NCBI GenBank assembly: GCA_002633005.1
Contig: NMRA01000520.1
Location: 191,559-255,558, forward strand
Direction of reading: 5' to 3'
Length of the DNA stretch: 64,000 nucleotides
DNA from: Phoronis australis
Lineage: Eukaryota > Animalia > Phoronida
Shown here: one piece after another, positions 42,330 through 54,201 of the stretch
Layout: each line of letters begins with the position of its first letter
How positions within the stretch are numbered: position 1 is the first letter of the stretch
The notes under the pieces: generated by a model
Database searches by the model: none
Told to the model about the DNA's origin: nothing
The model's input: the letters and a program-made list of their open reading frames with translations, nothing else
Made by a program: the position numbers and the translations under genes

Positions 42330-42375
42330 ACTTCTGAGGATGGTGTTTAATAAATGACACCGAAACATGTCAAGT
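42330..42375 (+). ncRNA. Minimal type I hammerhead ribozyme (Penelope-associated), intact core
   Basis: ACTT-CTGAGGA-T-GGTGT-ttaataaatg-ACACC-GAAA-CATG-TC-AAGT: stem I ACTT/AAGT, stem II GGTGT/ACACC, palindromic ACATGT in place of stem III, GUC cleavage triplet. Confidence 0.85.
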
Positions 42376-45300
42376 TTTAAAACCGTTGTTGTTTTCGTGA
42401 ACTCCATGATTACCTCATATTTTCCCTCTGTCTGTCTATCGCTAGGGGTCAGATGTAGCAACAGTTGATCTGAAGACCCTGTCAACGAAATGAATAATCT
42501 CAGGCGTGAGCAAAAAACAAAGGTGTGAGTAGTCACGCCTTCTTACAAATGTAGAAAGAAATGCCGCGAAACACTCACGGTAGGAGTGAGCTGCACGAGC
42601 AGAACGGGAGTATCACGTGGTCAATTGCCGGGACTTCAGAGACACCCCTAAAGAAACAAACAATCATATGTAAGATGACAAATTTCCAGTGTATTTACGA
42701 CTTATAGGAGGAGACTTAAACTTGATAACTAATGCCTCAGGGAAGTTAAGTTTTAATAAATTACGGTATCGAAATTTCTAGTCAATTATTTTGTCCCTAA
42801 TTTTTTACCAGTGACTGGTCTTGCAATGCAAGTCGTGATTTCGACGAAGTGTGGAGTAACACCTTTTGAGATTTTGTCGGTATTAAGCCAACATTGAGGC
42901 CAATTCTGGACTACAAGATGCGGACATCCAGTCTCTGCTTTATACGAGTCGAAAATTTATAGAGTCGACGTAGCCTAATTTACTGGTTTTGAAAAGCTGT
43001 TGCACTAAACGAATTCGATAAACTTTTGCTTAATTCATCGTCGGGAGTGTCGAAAACGATCCCGTGTTCGCACTTCTAGATTACAGCTTCGATTCCTCGA
43101 TCCGATGTCCCTGACGAACTATAAACACTCAACAAATTACATATTCCGACTGTAAAATCCACACATGCCCCTAAATTATAACGCAACCGGAGGAACTAAA
43201 AGCTCCTCGACCAGGAACTGAGTTCTGAACATGGAGTCTGGTCACCTAGTTTGGAGTATTTTCGCTGCATGCGGGTTAATTGGCACGGGTATGAAATTTG
43301 TACAGCCTTTGGGGTTCACTGGTCCGGTATGGGACCGGCATATTGCTGGAATTCAGACCTGCGTCATTGGACTCTTTTTCATCCTAAAATCTTTGTCGAG
43401 AAATATGCAAGGAAGCTGAACTGTACTGTGCACATCCCTTCAAATGACTCTCAATACGCAAGATTTTGACGACTACTGTACTTTGATGCAGGAAATTGGT
43501 TTAATATGTTGTCACCATTGATTCACAATTTTCTTCTTCAGATTTAGGTTTTAGATATGAAACACATTGAACTCAAAGATGCGTGTCACGTGTGTTGTGT
43601 GTTTTAGATTAAAGCGTTCATTTCAAACTCTGTTGAAGTCCCAGCATACAGTACCGGGCGCTATTTTGGAATTGCCATGCTGTGTTTCGAGTTCGATAAT
43701 GTTTCGTAGTTACTGTTACACACATCATATACGTGCATTAAACTTGTCGTTGGGAAGTTTGCCTATTTGTTCTGATACACAGTTCAAGTACCGTGGCAAT
43801 ATTTTGTCCGCGATAAAAGTTTTGCGTCGTGTACTAACGGTACAGCTCATTGCAAGAATTTTCCACAGACGTTGTTCACATAAGGTTGTGAGTCAGTAAG
43901 TTGATGTAGACGCCTAAAAATATGTAAATTTGACCTAACTTGGACTATCATATCCCAGAAATGGCTAATCATATTCTTATTTATCCTTCAGATACTATAA
44001 GTCATGTCTTGTTCTCAAAAATCATTTGAGGAGTTGTTTTGTTGTTTTTGCATTGGTTCACTTGTGCATGCGAGGCGGTCAACATAAGTCTGTGGTGATT
44101 TTATATACATGTACCAATGAAAAGATGAACAAAAAAAACACGAAATGATAACTTAGGAAATCGTGGCACCACTTTTAAGATTTTATCTTCAACATGCTTA
44201 CGCATGTATTAAATCAATGCTGGCCATGTTATCGATGGAGATTCTACGGTGGTTTTGCTTTCAGAAAATGCATAGTTTTTAAATTAAATTCTTTAGCTTC
44301 GTTGCTTATTGGATGAATTTTCAGACTTGTCGACAAGGTGTTATACATCAAATATTCGTTTCGTGCGGTGACTCAGTAGCTCAATTAACGGAATGCGATG
44401 TATTCAAAACCAAATTTTTGGTCGGTTTGCATCGGCTAGCAACAGTCGTCAACTTCGTTTAAAGAATTCTGCCGATTTGTTAAAATAGGCCTAGGTCTCG
44501 TTCGCCATTGACATGGGTCCCAAATTGTTGTTCCTCGCACGCTGGGCTAATTGTCACAGATTATAAGACATTGCCGATGAAGAATTCATAAGACTTACGG
44601 AACGGAACTTAGCGCCAATAAACAATTGTTTAACTGTGACAACGTGTAAAATTCATTTACAGGCTATATGAAATTACAGCTACACAGCCGTAAAAAAATA
44701 CAAGTTCCAGTCAAGACTGAAAGTCATTACTGCAAAATCTATTTACCTGAGCTCCGCTTTGACCGGTCGAGTTATCGTGATTACCTGGGAAGAATGATCT
44801 ACTTGGTGCATTTTGGAAGATCACGGAAAGTATTAATATGAAAAGTATCGAAATATTTCTAATGTGAGGTTACCTACAAAAGTATTATCCGATTGTAACC
44901 GGTGTTCATGTAGTACGTTCCATTATAGAATAACCAATTAACATAAGTCGCAGAATAAACACCCCCAACAAATATTGAGCAGATAAAACAGGTTTTCGAA
45001 CTTGACCGAGGTAACCCACGGTCACGTAAATTACAATCGGAACTGATATATAAGTCCAGCAGGAATTAAATAATTCAAAAGTTCAGATTAAAGTTCACTA
45101 AAACTGCCAGAAAACTTACACGATTTAATAAAATATACTGCATTTCTTGGCTCTGAAATCCTTTTAATTCCACGAGAATTGCTTATTTTAGCCTCTTGGC
45201 TTATGAACGTGCAATAACACGCTTCTTTGGTTACAGTGCAGTATTGCGATCTTTCGCTTATCTTGTTCAAACAGTTACGCTAGTATGTGGCGGACGATCA

Positions 45301-48300
45301 AGACCTCTGGGATATCAACTGATGAGTGATGCGACAAAGTTGACGGTATTTAAGTCGCGATTTTAATGTCGTAAAACCATTGCAGGAGTTAATTATTAAG
45401 ATTTCAAGATGGTGTCAAACGGATAAGGTAAGAACGACATTCTTGCGGAAGCCAGTTGGTACCTGTGTTACGTTAACTGTTCCTTCTCTTCCTCCAGATA
45501 GGGAAGCATGTAAATGCACTTTGTCTGTGCACAAGTCAAAGGACAACATGGAAAGGTGTGCATGAACTATACAGGTACCGGAAACGCTTTGTAACGATTT
45601 CCGCTTTTAATGCTCGTACCTTTGAGTTTCAATGTCCACTTTACAATTAAAAATTTATACGGTACAGGTGTACAGCCAACAAAACATCTTGGCTTACGGT
45701 TAAATTACGAGGACCACTCAAACTCAACGGATGTCCTGATGAACAATACCCGTAATACTCTCGCAGAGTACAAAATCAAGACACCTTTTATCCACTTTAA
45801 AGCAGAAGTATAGATCAATTAAACGTGTTCTGTACGGATCAAACTTGGCCTTCTGTCGTTGGCAATTCCGCATCGATACTTTAGCGAAAACGCCTATAGG
45901 TTGTGACACAGAGGAATACAGGCACCATCCTCGTTACCACGAAGGTTGTGGTCGGCATAGATGATAACACTTTGTGGCGAGCGCGTGCTGATGTGGCTAG
46001 GGGACCACTTTGACGACAGGGTGGCTGCGAATGGAACAATTGTGACGACAGGACAGTTTGTAAAAGTTACCGTAAGGGTCCCAAGAAATTATAATCTGGC
46101 TTTGTTTACTGTGGTTACTGTGTCTACTAGGCTCAAAATGTCGTATTGTGTATGGTGGGCGACTCCTAACATTTTTATAAAGTTGCGGAGCAAATTGGTC
46201 TTAAGTGCGAAGACCTTTGCATGCTAAAATAAAACATGTAAGCAATATGAAAAAAATAACCGTGAACTAACAACGAGGATTATGAAATCAAATATGATAA
46301 AGAATTAATGATAATACGTGAACAGCAAAAATAGAAAAAGGGTTACTAACCTTTGTTAAAAGCCTCAAAGAAACTCGGTCATATACACCCTTTCCAACAG
46401 GAAAAAAAGACTAACTTCACCTCAAGTCTGGAATAAGAATAGTTATGTCATACCTGTTGGAACTACTCCAAATTTCTGGTGTCCTACTCCCTTTAATTGC
46501 ATTTAAACATCTGCCAAAGAAGTAGAATTCAACAAAGCTAACTTTTTTAAAATCTCAAGCTCGTTACAGAGCATATGTGAGACAAACAGATTAGGACAAT
46601 TAACTTGCGTGTTCCGCCACTAGCGATCTCCAATCACAATATTTTACATAAGTTAATACAGTTTCCCGCAGAGAAGTTACAGGGGTTACTCAATCTCCAA
46701 GACTACCTCCATTAAGGTGACGTCACATTTTCGGTCCTTACTGACCCTTGAATCAAATACAGAAGTGATTTCCGAACTTTGAAAGAACCGGCACCACGTT
46801 ATTGCGTAGAACCAAGCTCTACATATTGTCTTGTTGCTACGGGTCCATTTTTTGCTCGGCACAGGCCAGGTCCAAGCAATAATACATGACAAGAATCCAA
46901 CGTTGCCACCTAACCGGTCAAGATTGGGCAAGTCTACCGGTTGCGCACCACAGAATTTGCCGGTTCAGATCAAAGACACCGCGCTGTTGTGGTTAATTAA
47001 ATTGCCCCAGTGAGCTGCTTTTATCGTTCCCTAGATAATGAGGCCCATCCATCATTGGGGACGACAATAGTATTTTTAAATTTTCGGTTTGAAAGTTTGT
47101 ATATAGCACATCTGTGTAGTCCATGAAAAGCACGCGTGATTAGGTGTGTGAATATTTGAAAGGAATGTGGCTTTTACAACTTAAAGCGTTTGGTTAATTT
47201 TGCAATAATATATCCCTCATTAATTCTGCTGGATGGGCCAATTACCAAATCATCAGGCAGCAGTTGGATTTTGAGGTAAACCAAGTGTCATCATACAATT
47301 CTTAGCATTAACGAACTTTCGATTGTCTCTAAGCCCAGAAAGCATTTCTGATTTGAATTAGACCACGTGACTAGTTGTCTAAAAACCTCCCTTCATCGAT
47401 GTAACGCGAGTTTCAAGCTGCTTTAACGAAGTCAATTCTCCGTCCCAGTTTAGTGGTTTCGCTAAGGTCTGTGACTTTTATTTTGACTAATGCTATAGAT
47501 AAATAATAGGAATCTAACACAAACCGAGTAAGCCTAGAAGAAAGCGAATCAGTGTGTGAATATAATTACTATCTAAGGAAAGTAATAGAATTTTGGATTT
47601 CACCACGTATGGCCTTGAATGACTTTTCACCAATAAAACATAAATTGAGTACCCTGATTCACATAAAAATAACAAATTGCCAAATTATATTAAAAACCTC
47701 ACGAAATATGCTAATATAGAACTAACTTTTCATATAAATGACGTTTAAATTTACTTGACCAATACCAGGATCTAAAAACACCCCAAAATGGTCGAAATGA
47801 GCCAAGTGTGACGATTTCTTCTGAAAGCTTTACAAAACTGTCCTATTTGGGGCTTGGCTCTTGAACAAAGGGGTGCATCTACATGTACGTCGTTTTAAAA
47901 CGAATTAAGCCCAGACTATCATGTAAAGATATTTAACTTGTCACGCTTACTTACCTTGTTAGGGCAAATATTGTCTTCCTCTTGTCGTATTGATACAGTA
48001 CATGTAGATTACTGATCCTGGTATGATGATTTAATTGAATTATTTGCATTTTAGACAATAGTTGCAAACTAAAGTATTTACTCAAGACCTCATGTACAAA
48101 AACAACTTAATAATTTGAGGAAGAGCAGGGTTTCAGCCGTAGGCAAATGGGAACTACATGTACCCAAGAGAGCATTTTGATTCTGCAGAGCCGATCAAAG
48201 TACACTCTACTCTGACGTTTGAACTGGAGGTTTTTATTCAGGCCGTCATTTGTAGTCTCATTAGAGGATGAGACATACATGCGGCAGACAAACAACTAAC

Positions 48301-49181
48301 GATTACAAAATTTTAACGCAGGTTAGTACTTGATATCTTGTCGCAATTTTAAATGAAAAAACACCATACTTGATGGCCCTGCGAGCAAATAAAATATGCA
48401 ATTTATCTTTTTCCGAGGGGTCCACTTGGTTCAAGATTCTGATAACGAAGTTAATTAAATTTCTACGCATTCTTTAAAAAGATAAACTAGCCTGTAGGAC
48501 AATGGAAAGATAACAACCATCCTAAAATTAGTGTAACTTGAAAAATAATGAGGTAATTAATTTATGTTCTCTAAGAAATTTCCGATTCATGTCACTCATT
48601 ATCCCGTCTTCTTTTCCTGTAAAGTGTGACAGTAATTCTTTCTTGCGTACAAAATTAGATTTTCAAATGGCGTTAGTAATCTTTAAATTTATATAATTTG
48701 AGAGTGTGAGTTTTTTTGTGTTGTTTTTGTAAAATAGCTGCACCTGATTCACTCCGCCGGTTCAGCCCTATTAATTTATTTCTCTGTTTTTATGAAGCAA
48801 TGTGCAGTAGTAGAATTTCTGTCCACCAAATCTGATTCGGGATCAATAGAAAATCATTTTGGTGCTCTCATCACACTAGATACCTCTAATATGAAAAGTC
48901 CCCTATTGGTTCCTGACGACGACATCTAGCTTACAAGCCAATAATATAATTGACCCTTGTTCAGCTCCGATTTGTAGACTCAGAAATCTCGCAAAGGAAT
49001 CTTGTGCCATAACGTTCTCCGCCTGCATGAATTGTGATTGCTCTTGAGTTTCTGTAGTGGAACACAAGCTCGGCTGACGCGATCGACTGAACGGGCGAAA
49101 TTAATAAAATGCAGTAGTTTATTGTGTTTAAGCAGGCGTGCAAAAACAAAAAAAACGTCCACGATGGAAATCAAAAGATGT

Positions 49182-49760
49182 TTACAGGCTAATGCGACCG
49201 TCCTTCACTATTTTGAAACTGTTAGTTTGGAAAAGATCCCGCAGGAGAATGCCGCTGTTGGCGTTTGAAGACACAAGAACCGCGTCGCTTGGCTTGTCAT
49301 CAGCGACATCTCGCGGCGTGTTTGAAACTATCAAAACACTGCAGTCGACGTCCAAGTCGTTATTTATGGCGTCCGTTATAGCTTCAGAAGGCACACTCTT
49401 GTCTGTGATAGCAGCCACGATTGTTGTAGGTTTCAGAACCCCCTTTAGCTGGTTGCAAATCTCTTTGCAACAGCTTCCTGGCATAGCAAACAGCAAAATG
49501 TCTGCCTCCCTGGCAACCATTATCAAATTCGGGTTTGCCACAACGTTTGTATGCAGTTTACATCCAGGTAAATATTTCGTGTCTTCGTGTTGTGTGTTAA
49601 TGATCTCGGACAGCGGTAAGCCATCGACTTGCTCCTCGATAACATATACCATAACGAGGTCTTCAAACTGCGGTTTTGCAGTAATATGCGAACCAATTAA
49701 GCACGCTAAAGATGAGAACCAACTTCCAGATCCGACCATGCGCACACGGATTGGAGCCAT
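49182..49760 (-). CDS. GPD1: Intronless, C-terminally truncated GPD1-like protein (NAD-binding domain of cytosolic glycerol-3-phosphate dehydrogenase only); probable retrogene or pseudoenzyme
   Basis: 192-aa ORF with MVGSGSW, LSEIINTQHEDTKYLPGCKLHTNVVANP, EADILLF, ICNQLKG and LLRDLFQTNSFKI, matching animal GPD1 residues ~1-190. Good Kozak context (gacATGG); AATAAA about 60 nt after the stop. Confidence 0.8.
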   Translation of the reverse strand: MAPIRVRMVGSGSWFSSLACLIGSHITAKPQFEDLVMVYVIEEQVDGLPLSEIINTQHEDTKYLPGCKLHTNVVANPNLIMVAREADILLFAMPGSCCKEICNQLKGVLKPTTIVAAITDKSVPSEAITDAINNDLDVDCSVLIVSNTPRDVADDKPSDAVLVSSNANSGILLRDLFQTNSFKIVKDGRISL

Positions 49761-49825
49761 GTCTTACAAGTTTGGTAATCGAAAATCCCACCGTGCTACA
49801 GTACAAACGGACCTGTTGGTAATTA

Positions 49826-49833
49826 TGACGTCA
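49826..49833. promoter_or_regulatory. Palindromic CRE (TGACGTCA) upstream of the GPD1-like ORF
   Basis: Exact TGACGTCA about 65 nt 5' of the ATG at 49760 (minus strand). Function is inferred only. Confidence 0.4.
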
Positions 49834-52607
49834 TGCTTGTGTTGACGCCACAGTTTTGGGAGTTGACGGTGTTTTCGCCAATAATGTTTGAGTTACATGT
49901 TTGATAACTAGTAAAGCTCCCAGGTGCTACATAACAAAGGTACATGTACCCTTGATAGTGTTGTACATCCCTAGTGTAGGGTATCCCACATACCTACAAG
50001 ACATGTCAATTCGGCTTAGGCCCTGGCGATTGGATATTGGGCTTTTAGTGTAGAATTCGGCCTAAGGCCCTGATGACCAAAGAAATATTCCTTGACAAAC
50101 AAACCATCCAAGGCATTAATCATCTAAAAATAGTGCACTGTTGAGCGACCTCTAAGCCTTTTTTGAAGTTCTTAAATCCATGTTTCTTCCAGTAACGTCT
50201 AGCACTATTACACTGTATGGAGTACATTGTATGGTGCAATTATATTCTGAATAGCCACATTGAAAAAAAAGAATATAATTTTGTCTTAATTCATAAAATT
50301 GAGTACTGTCAGTTTAGATAAACAGTATGAAAAAACGGGACAAATTTAATAAATGGCTTCGAGTTTAACGATATCTATTTGTCACCGGCAAGGGGCATTT
50401 CTCTAGACATTACCAGCTACATATTCTAGATTTGCACCTGAAATCAGAAAACGCTGCCTGCTACATGCATAAATGTGACAATAGGTAATTCAGACGTGAC
50501 GCTTAAGTTTATCCTATTCTTTTTATCGATCATTGTATGTTTGAAACTGATTAGCGTCTGTGAAATGGCTTCAGAGGCCTGTTCACATACTACATGTAGA
50601 AAAAAAATTGCGAAAAGTCCCACTTCCAAACGGTTCACGGTTTCAAGTGAATGTAAGCAACTGGGATGACACTGTCAGAATGAATATTAGTAAGAATAGA
50701 TCCATTTTAAGTTTTCCAAAATCTGTGCATAAGTACTCTTAAATCATGGTGTCGAACTTGTTAACATATACTTTAACGTTTAAATCTATTTTAGATGGTG
50801 TTTATAACTTTGGTTGTGCGGTAAACGAACTCTAGAGATTCTAGAAATTTCTGAGAACAAATCGTAACAGCCAATAATATGATTGGATATGATCATGTGT
50901 CTTGAAGGCGCTAGCGTAGTTACTCTTCTTTGTAGTTGATTACATTAATTAACAACAGGTTTTACTTGTCTAATTAGTGATTATCATATAATAAATTAAT
51001 TACTGGATTTAATCATTCTCTCTCCATCTTCGCACCTTATAGACAAACCCACAGTCATTTTCTCACAGACTCTTATAACGTAATTTTTTCTTAAGTAACT
51101 TACGGATAAATTGTTCGAATAATCTAAAACCATCTTACAAATGCAATTTTTCGATGCCGTCAATTGACTGAAAATAAATGAGACCGCTTGAACAGGAAAA
51201 CTTGTGCAAGCGCTGTATGATATGTAAATTAGACAGTCTTTTTATCGGAAGATTAAGACAACGAGAATAAACTTGAAGAACGCAGACCTGATCGAACGTG
51301 AACAGAGGAATGTATTTCGTGTAAGTGTTTCAGTATCTATGAACGAAGTGCAACTACTAAATAATTTTTGCTAGGAAATTGTTGTATTTTTGTGGCGTAC
51401 AAAATATAAGAGGATATAGGATGGAAAGTTATGCGTTAATAGTTTTCGAAATTTATAAATTATACTTTAATCGCAGTTTATGATTCGGTCAGATTTTTTT
51501 TTGAAGTAACAGGCTTCAAATTTTCACGGATGAATGTGGGATTTGAAATTACTTGTAATATATCTATTTATATATTTAATGTAACATTTAAAATGAGGGC
51601 GGCCTCTTCAGTGACAGCACTGCTTTCCAAAAGGGTCCTCAACAACAAAATATAAAACAGTAATATAATACACTAAAGTAGTAAAACATTATTTAGATAC
51701 ATGTAACAAAGATACAATTAAAACAGGATGATGAAAATTTGAATTAGAGAGATGAAATAAATTAATAAATTATACTAAGTAATGAGAAACGACATACTTT
51801 TAACATTAATTTTGAAAGTTGTAGTTGCATGCGTGTCAAACAAAATGTTGCACGGGACGGACGGACAGACACACGTCAAATGTAATGCGTTGCGAATTAA
51901 GACTCCAAAACGTCCCGTGCAACTTGCTGCAACTCGCATGCGACCTGCGTGCACTCGGTCAATCATAAACAAAATAGTATTCACAAAACTCATAGCACAA
52001 TGCGCGGTAGGCGCAGAATCGGACCGTTTAATTTCTGGGCTAAGAGAGTTCCATATGGCAGCAGAAGCATAAATAAAAGATTTGTTTCCGGTCTCGGTTT
52101 TAATTTTTTAAAAGAAACACTACCAGCAACAGAAGAGCGCACAGAGTATGTAGATTGATTGTACTGAATTTGAGGCTATGATATGCTTTAGCCAAGCCAT
52201 TGACACATCTGTGCATGCAACAGGCAGAGAGATGTTTTTTTTTTGTTTTACTTTCATTAATCCCAGATTGGAATACAAGTCGTCGACCCGGGTGTCCCTT
52301 ATTCAAGCACCCAGGATACCCCTGGCAGTTCTATTTTGAAAAAATAAAAAGATAAAGGTAAATTTGATACGATTTCCCCCTGGCGTAAAACATATACCAT
52401 TATAAGTGTAAACTTTGTTATGTAACATTCGAAATTTTAAAATAACGTGGAATAAAAAATAAAATTTTTAAAAAATTGCGTTACTGATACTCACAGTGGA
52501 AATTAGTACTTGTCCTTTTTGAAATTAATGTTTTTTTCCTTGCTTTTGTTGGTAGTCATAAGTTTTAGTTAATATCCTTGTCTATCCTTATCGGTCTTTC
52601 CGCAGTA

Positions 52608-52712
52608 CTGTATTACAATTACTATTACTATTACTGTTGCAATACTATTAGTATTACTATTACTATTGCTCTTACTTTTATTATTATCATTATCATTACC
52701 AATATTATTGTG
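52608..52712. repeat. Degenerate (TAT/TAC/CAT)n microsatellite
   Basis: tattacaattactattactattac...attatcattatcattacc. Confidence 0.8.
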
Positions 52713-54036
52713 TTCTATTGTAATGCTTTTTTGGTTTATCCATGTTAAATTAACCAATCAATCAATAAAATTCCCGCCAGGCATATTTGATTCCACCGCT
52801 TGAAAAAGTCTTGCACGTTTTATGTGTACCAAACGGATGTAACTAAAGAGTAAATATTTATTTCAACCATGATTTATAAAACGTATCACATACATGTTAA
52901 TACATACATGTACGATGTGTAGTCAACGCTAGAAAAATAGCAAGTGGCATCGCGATTACTTGAAGTTGACGTAAAAACTTTCAGTAAACACCTGGGTAAC
53001 TACAGTGTATGTTGTGAGAGGGGTACATTTACTTAGTCATATCCACGTCAAAAACGGTTGCAGAGTGAGTAGAGTTTCAAATCTTTGGAGCAAAACCAGC
53101 GCCAGGCTCGTTTCTTTTGTACGTTGGCAAACGCCAATTACTGTATCTACCACGCTCAATGGATAGTACCTAAAATGCATTGATTCAAAACTGCTGTCTA
53201 TCGTATTTCATCCGCAAGAAGGTGCTACATTTATTATTCACGGTCAGTTCAATTTCAGAAGCCAAACACAAATTACTAGTTTCTTTCCTTGACATTTCAA
53301 CTTATTTCAGCCGGTATTTTATTGACCTGCATAATGCGATAATTATTTATGCCACATAATATGATCTTAAATGGACGGACGGCTACACTGGTTGACGTAG
53401 AGAAGCAGAGTTTAACTACAACAACCACTGAACGACCTTGTTTCCTCGTAGATGTTTACCTGTTGACTAGTATCCGTACTATTATGCAACGAAATGTTCA
53501 AAAGGACACAGACCTACATGTACGCCCAATTTCTATTTAAAGTTTTTCGTTACCAATACAAATGAACGACAGTAAACGATAAAATCCAGATTATATATCT
53601 CCTCGATAGCACAATCGTTTTGTACCACGACACTGTTGAATTTAAATCGTCCATGTGCAACGGTACGGTATTGCCTATTAGGACTTCAAAGAAAGCGGGT
53701 GTGGTTTGAAGACTGACCAGAAATCAGCCAAATGCGCACAAATAAAGACCGGCTGCGTTTAGAATTTTGATTTCTTGAAATAAAAACGTTTCTAATTCAA
53801 GGACTTATAGAGCTTAATTCTGAGCTAGTTGAAAATCCTTACATGTACATGTATGCAGTTGCTATATTTTTTCTGTCGAGGTTTTCAAGACAGGCTGACC
53901 GATCACCGCCGTAATAAAAGAATTCATCGAGTAACTCCATATATTTACACGACATGTACAGTACATTGTGCATGTAAATGTCTGTCGATATTTTTTGGTA
54001 TAGTCTTTTTGTCTCCTTCTTTAACAGGCAAGGTGA

Positions 54037-54201
54037 ATGGCAGCCATGATTGTAGAACTGCTACTCTTCCTTCAACTTTTGACCATGACCGCTTCCCAGC
54101 CGAGGTCTGCCATAAAGCTCGTCAACAATGGATACGAAACTGTGGTTGTGGCCATTCATAGAACGGTAACGGAAGATCCACGCATAGTACAAGAAATAAA
54201 G
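54037..54201 (+). CDS. CLCA: CLCA-b coding exon 1
   Basis: MAAMIVELLLFLQLLTMTASQ...NNGYETVVVAIHRTVTEDPRIVQEIK|gtaaga; acceptor ttaacag ends 54027. Confidence 0.9.

Larger units (their letters stand above)
38791..42399. mobile_element. Penelope-like retroelement insertion: two divergent 5'-truncated arms with a 15-bp TSD
   Basis: Minus arm 38791-40026 and plus arm ~40027-42399 (N gap 41426-42240). The direct repeat aactccatgattacc lies at 38776-38790 and 42400-42414. Confidence 0.9.

Noticed and set aside
42466-42500. Hammerhead-like CTGAAGA...GAAA just right of the Penelope TSD
   Set aside because: The intervening ccctgtcaac cannot form stem II.
45317-45345. CTGATGA hammerhead-like start
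   Set aside because: Lacks the GAAA core and a cleavage triplet.
45610-46227. Coding-looking stretch including a KLNGCP motif similar to CLCA RPNGCP
   Set aside because: No HExxH or other collinear CLCA motifs and multiple stops; cannot support a CLCA pseudo-exon.
49138-49845. 235-aa plus-strand ORF
   Set aside because: Antisense shadow of the GPD1-like ORF; Ser/Thr-rich, non-ATG start, no recognisable domain.
52569-52757. Asn/Ser-rich ORF
   Set aside because: Translation of a microsatellite.
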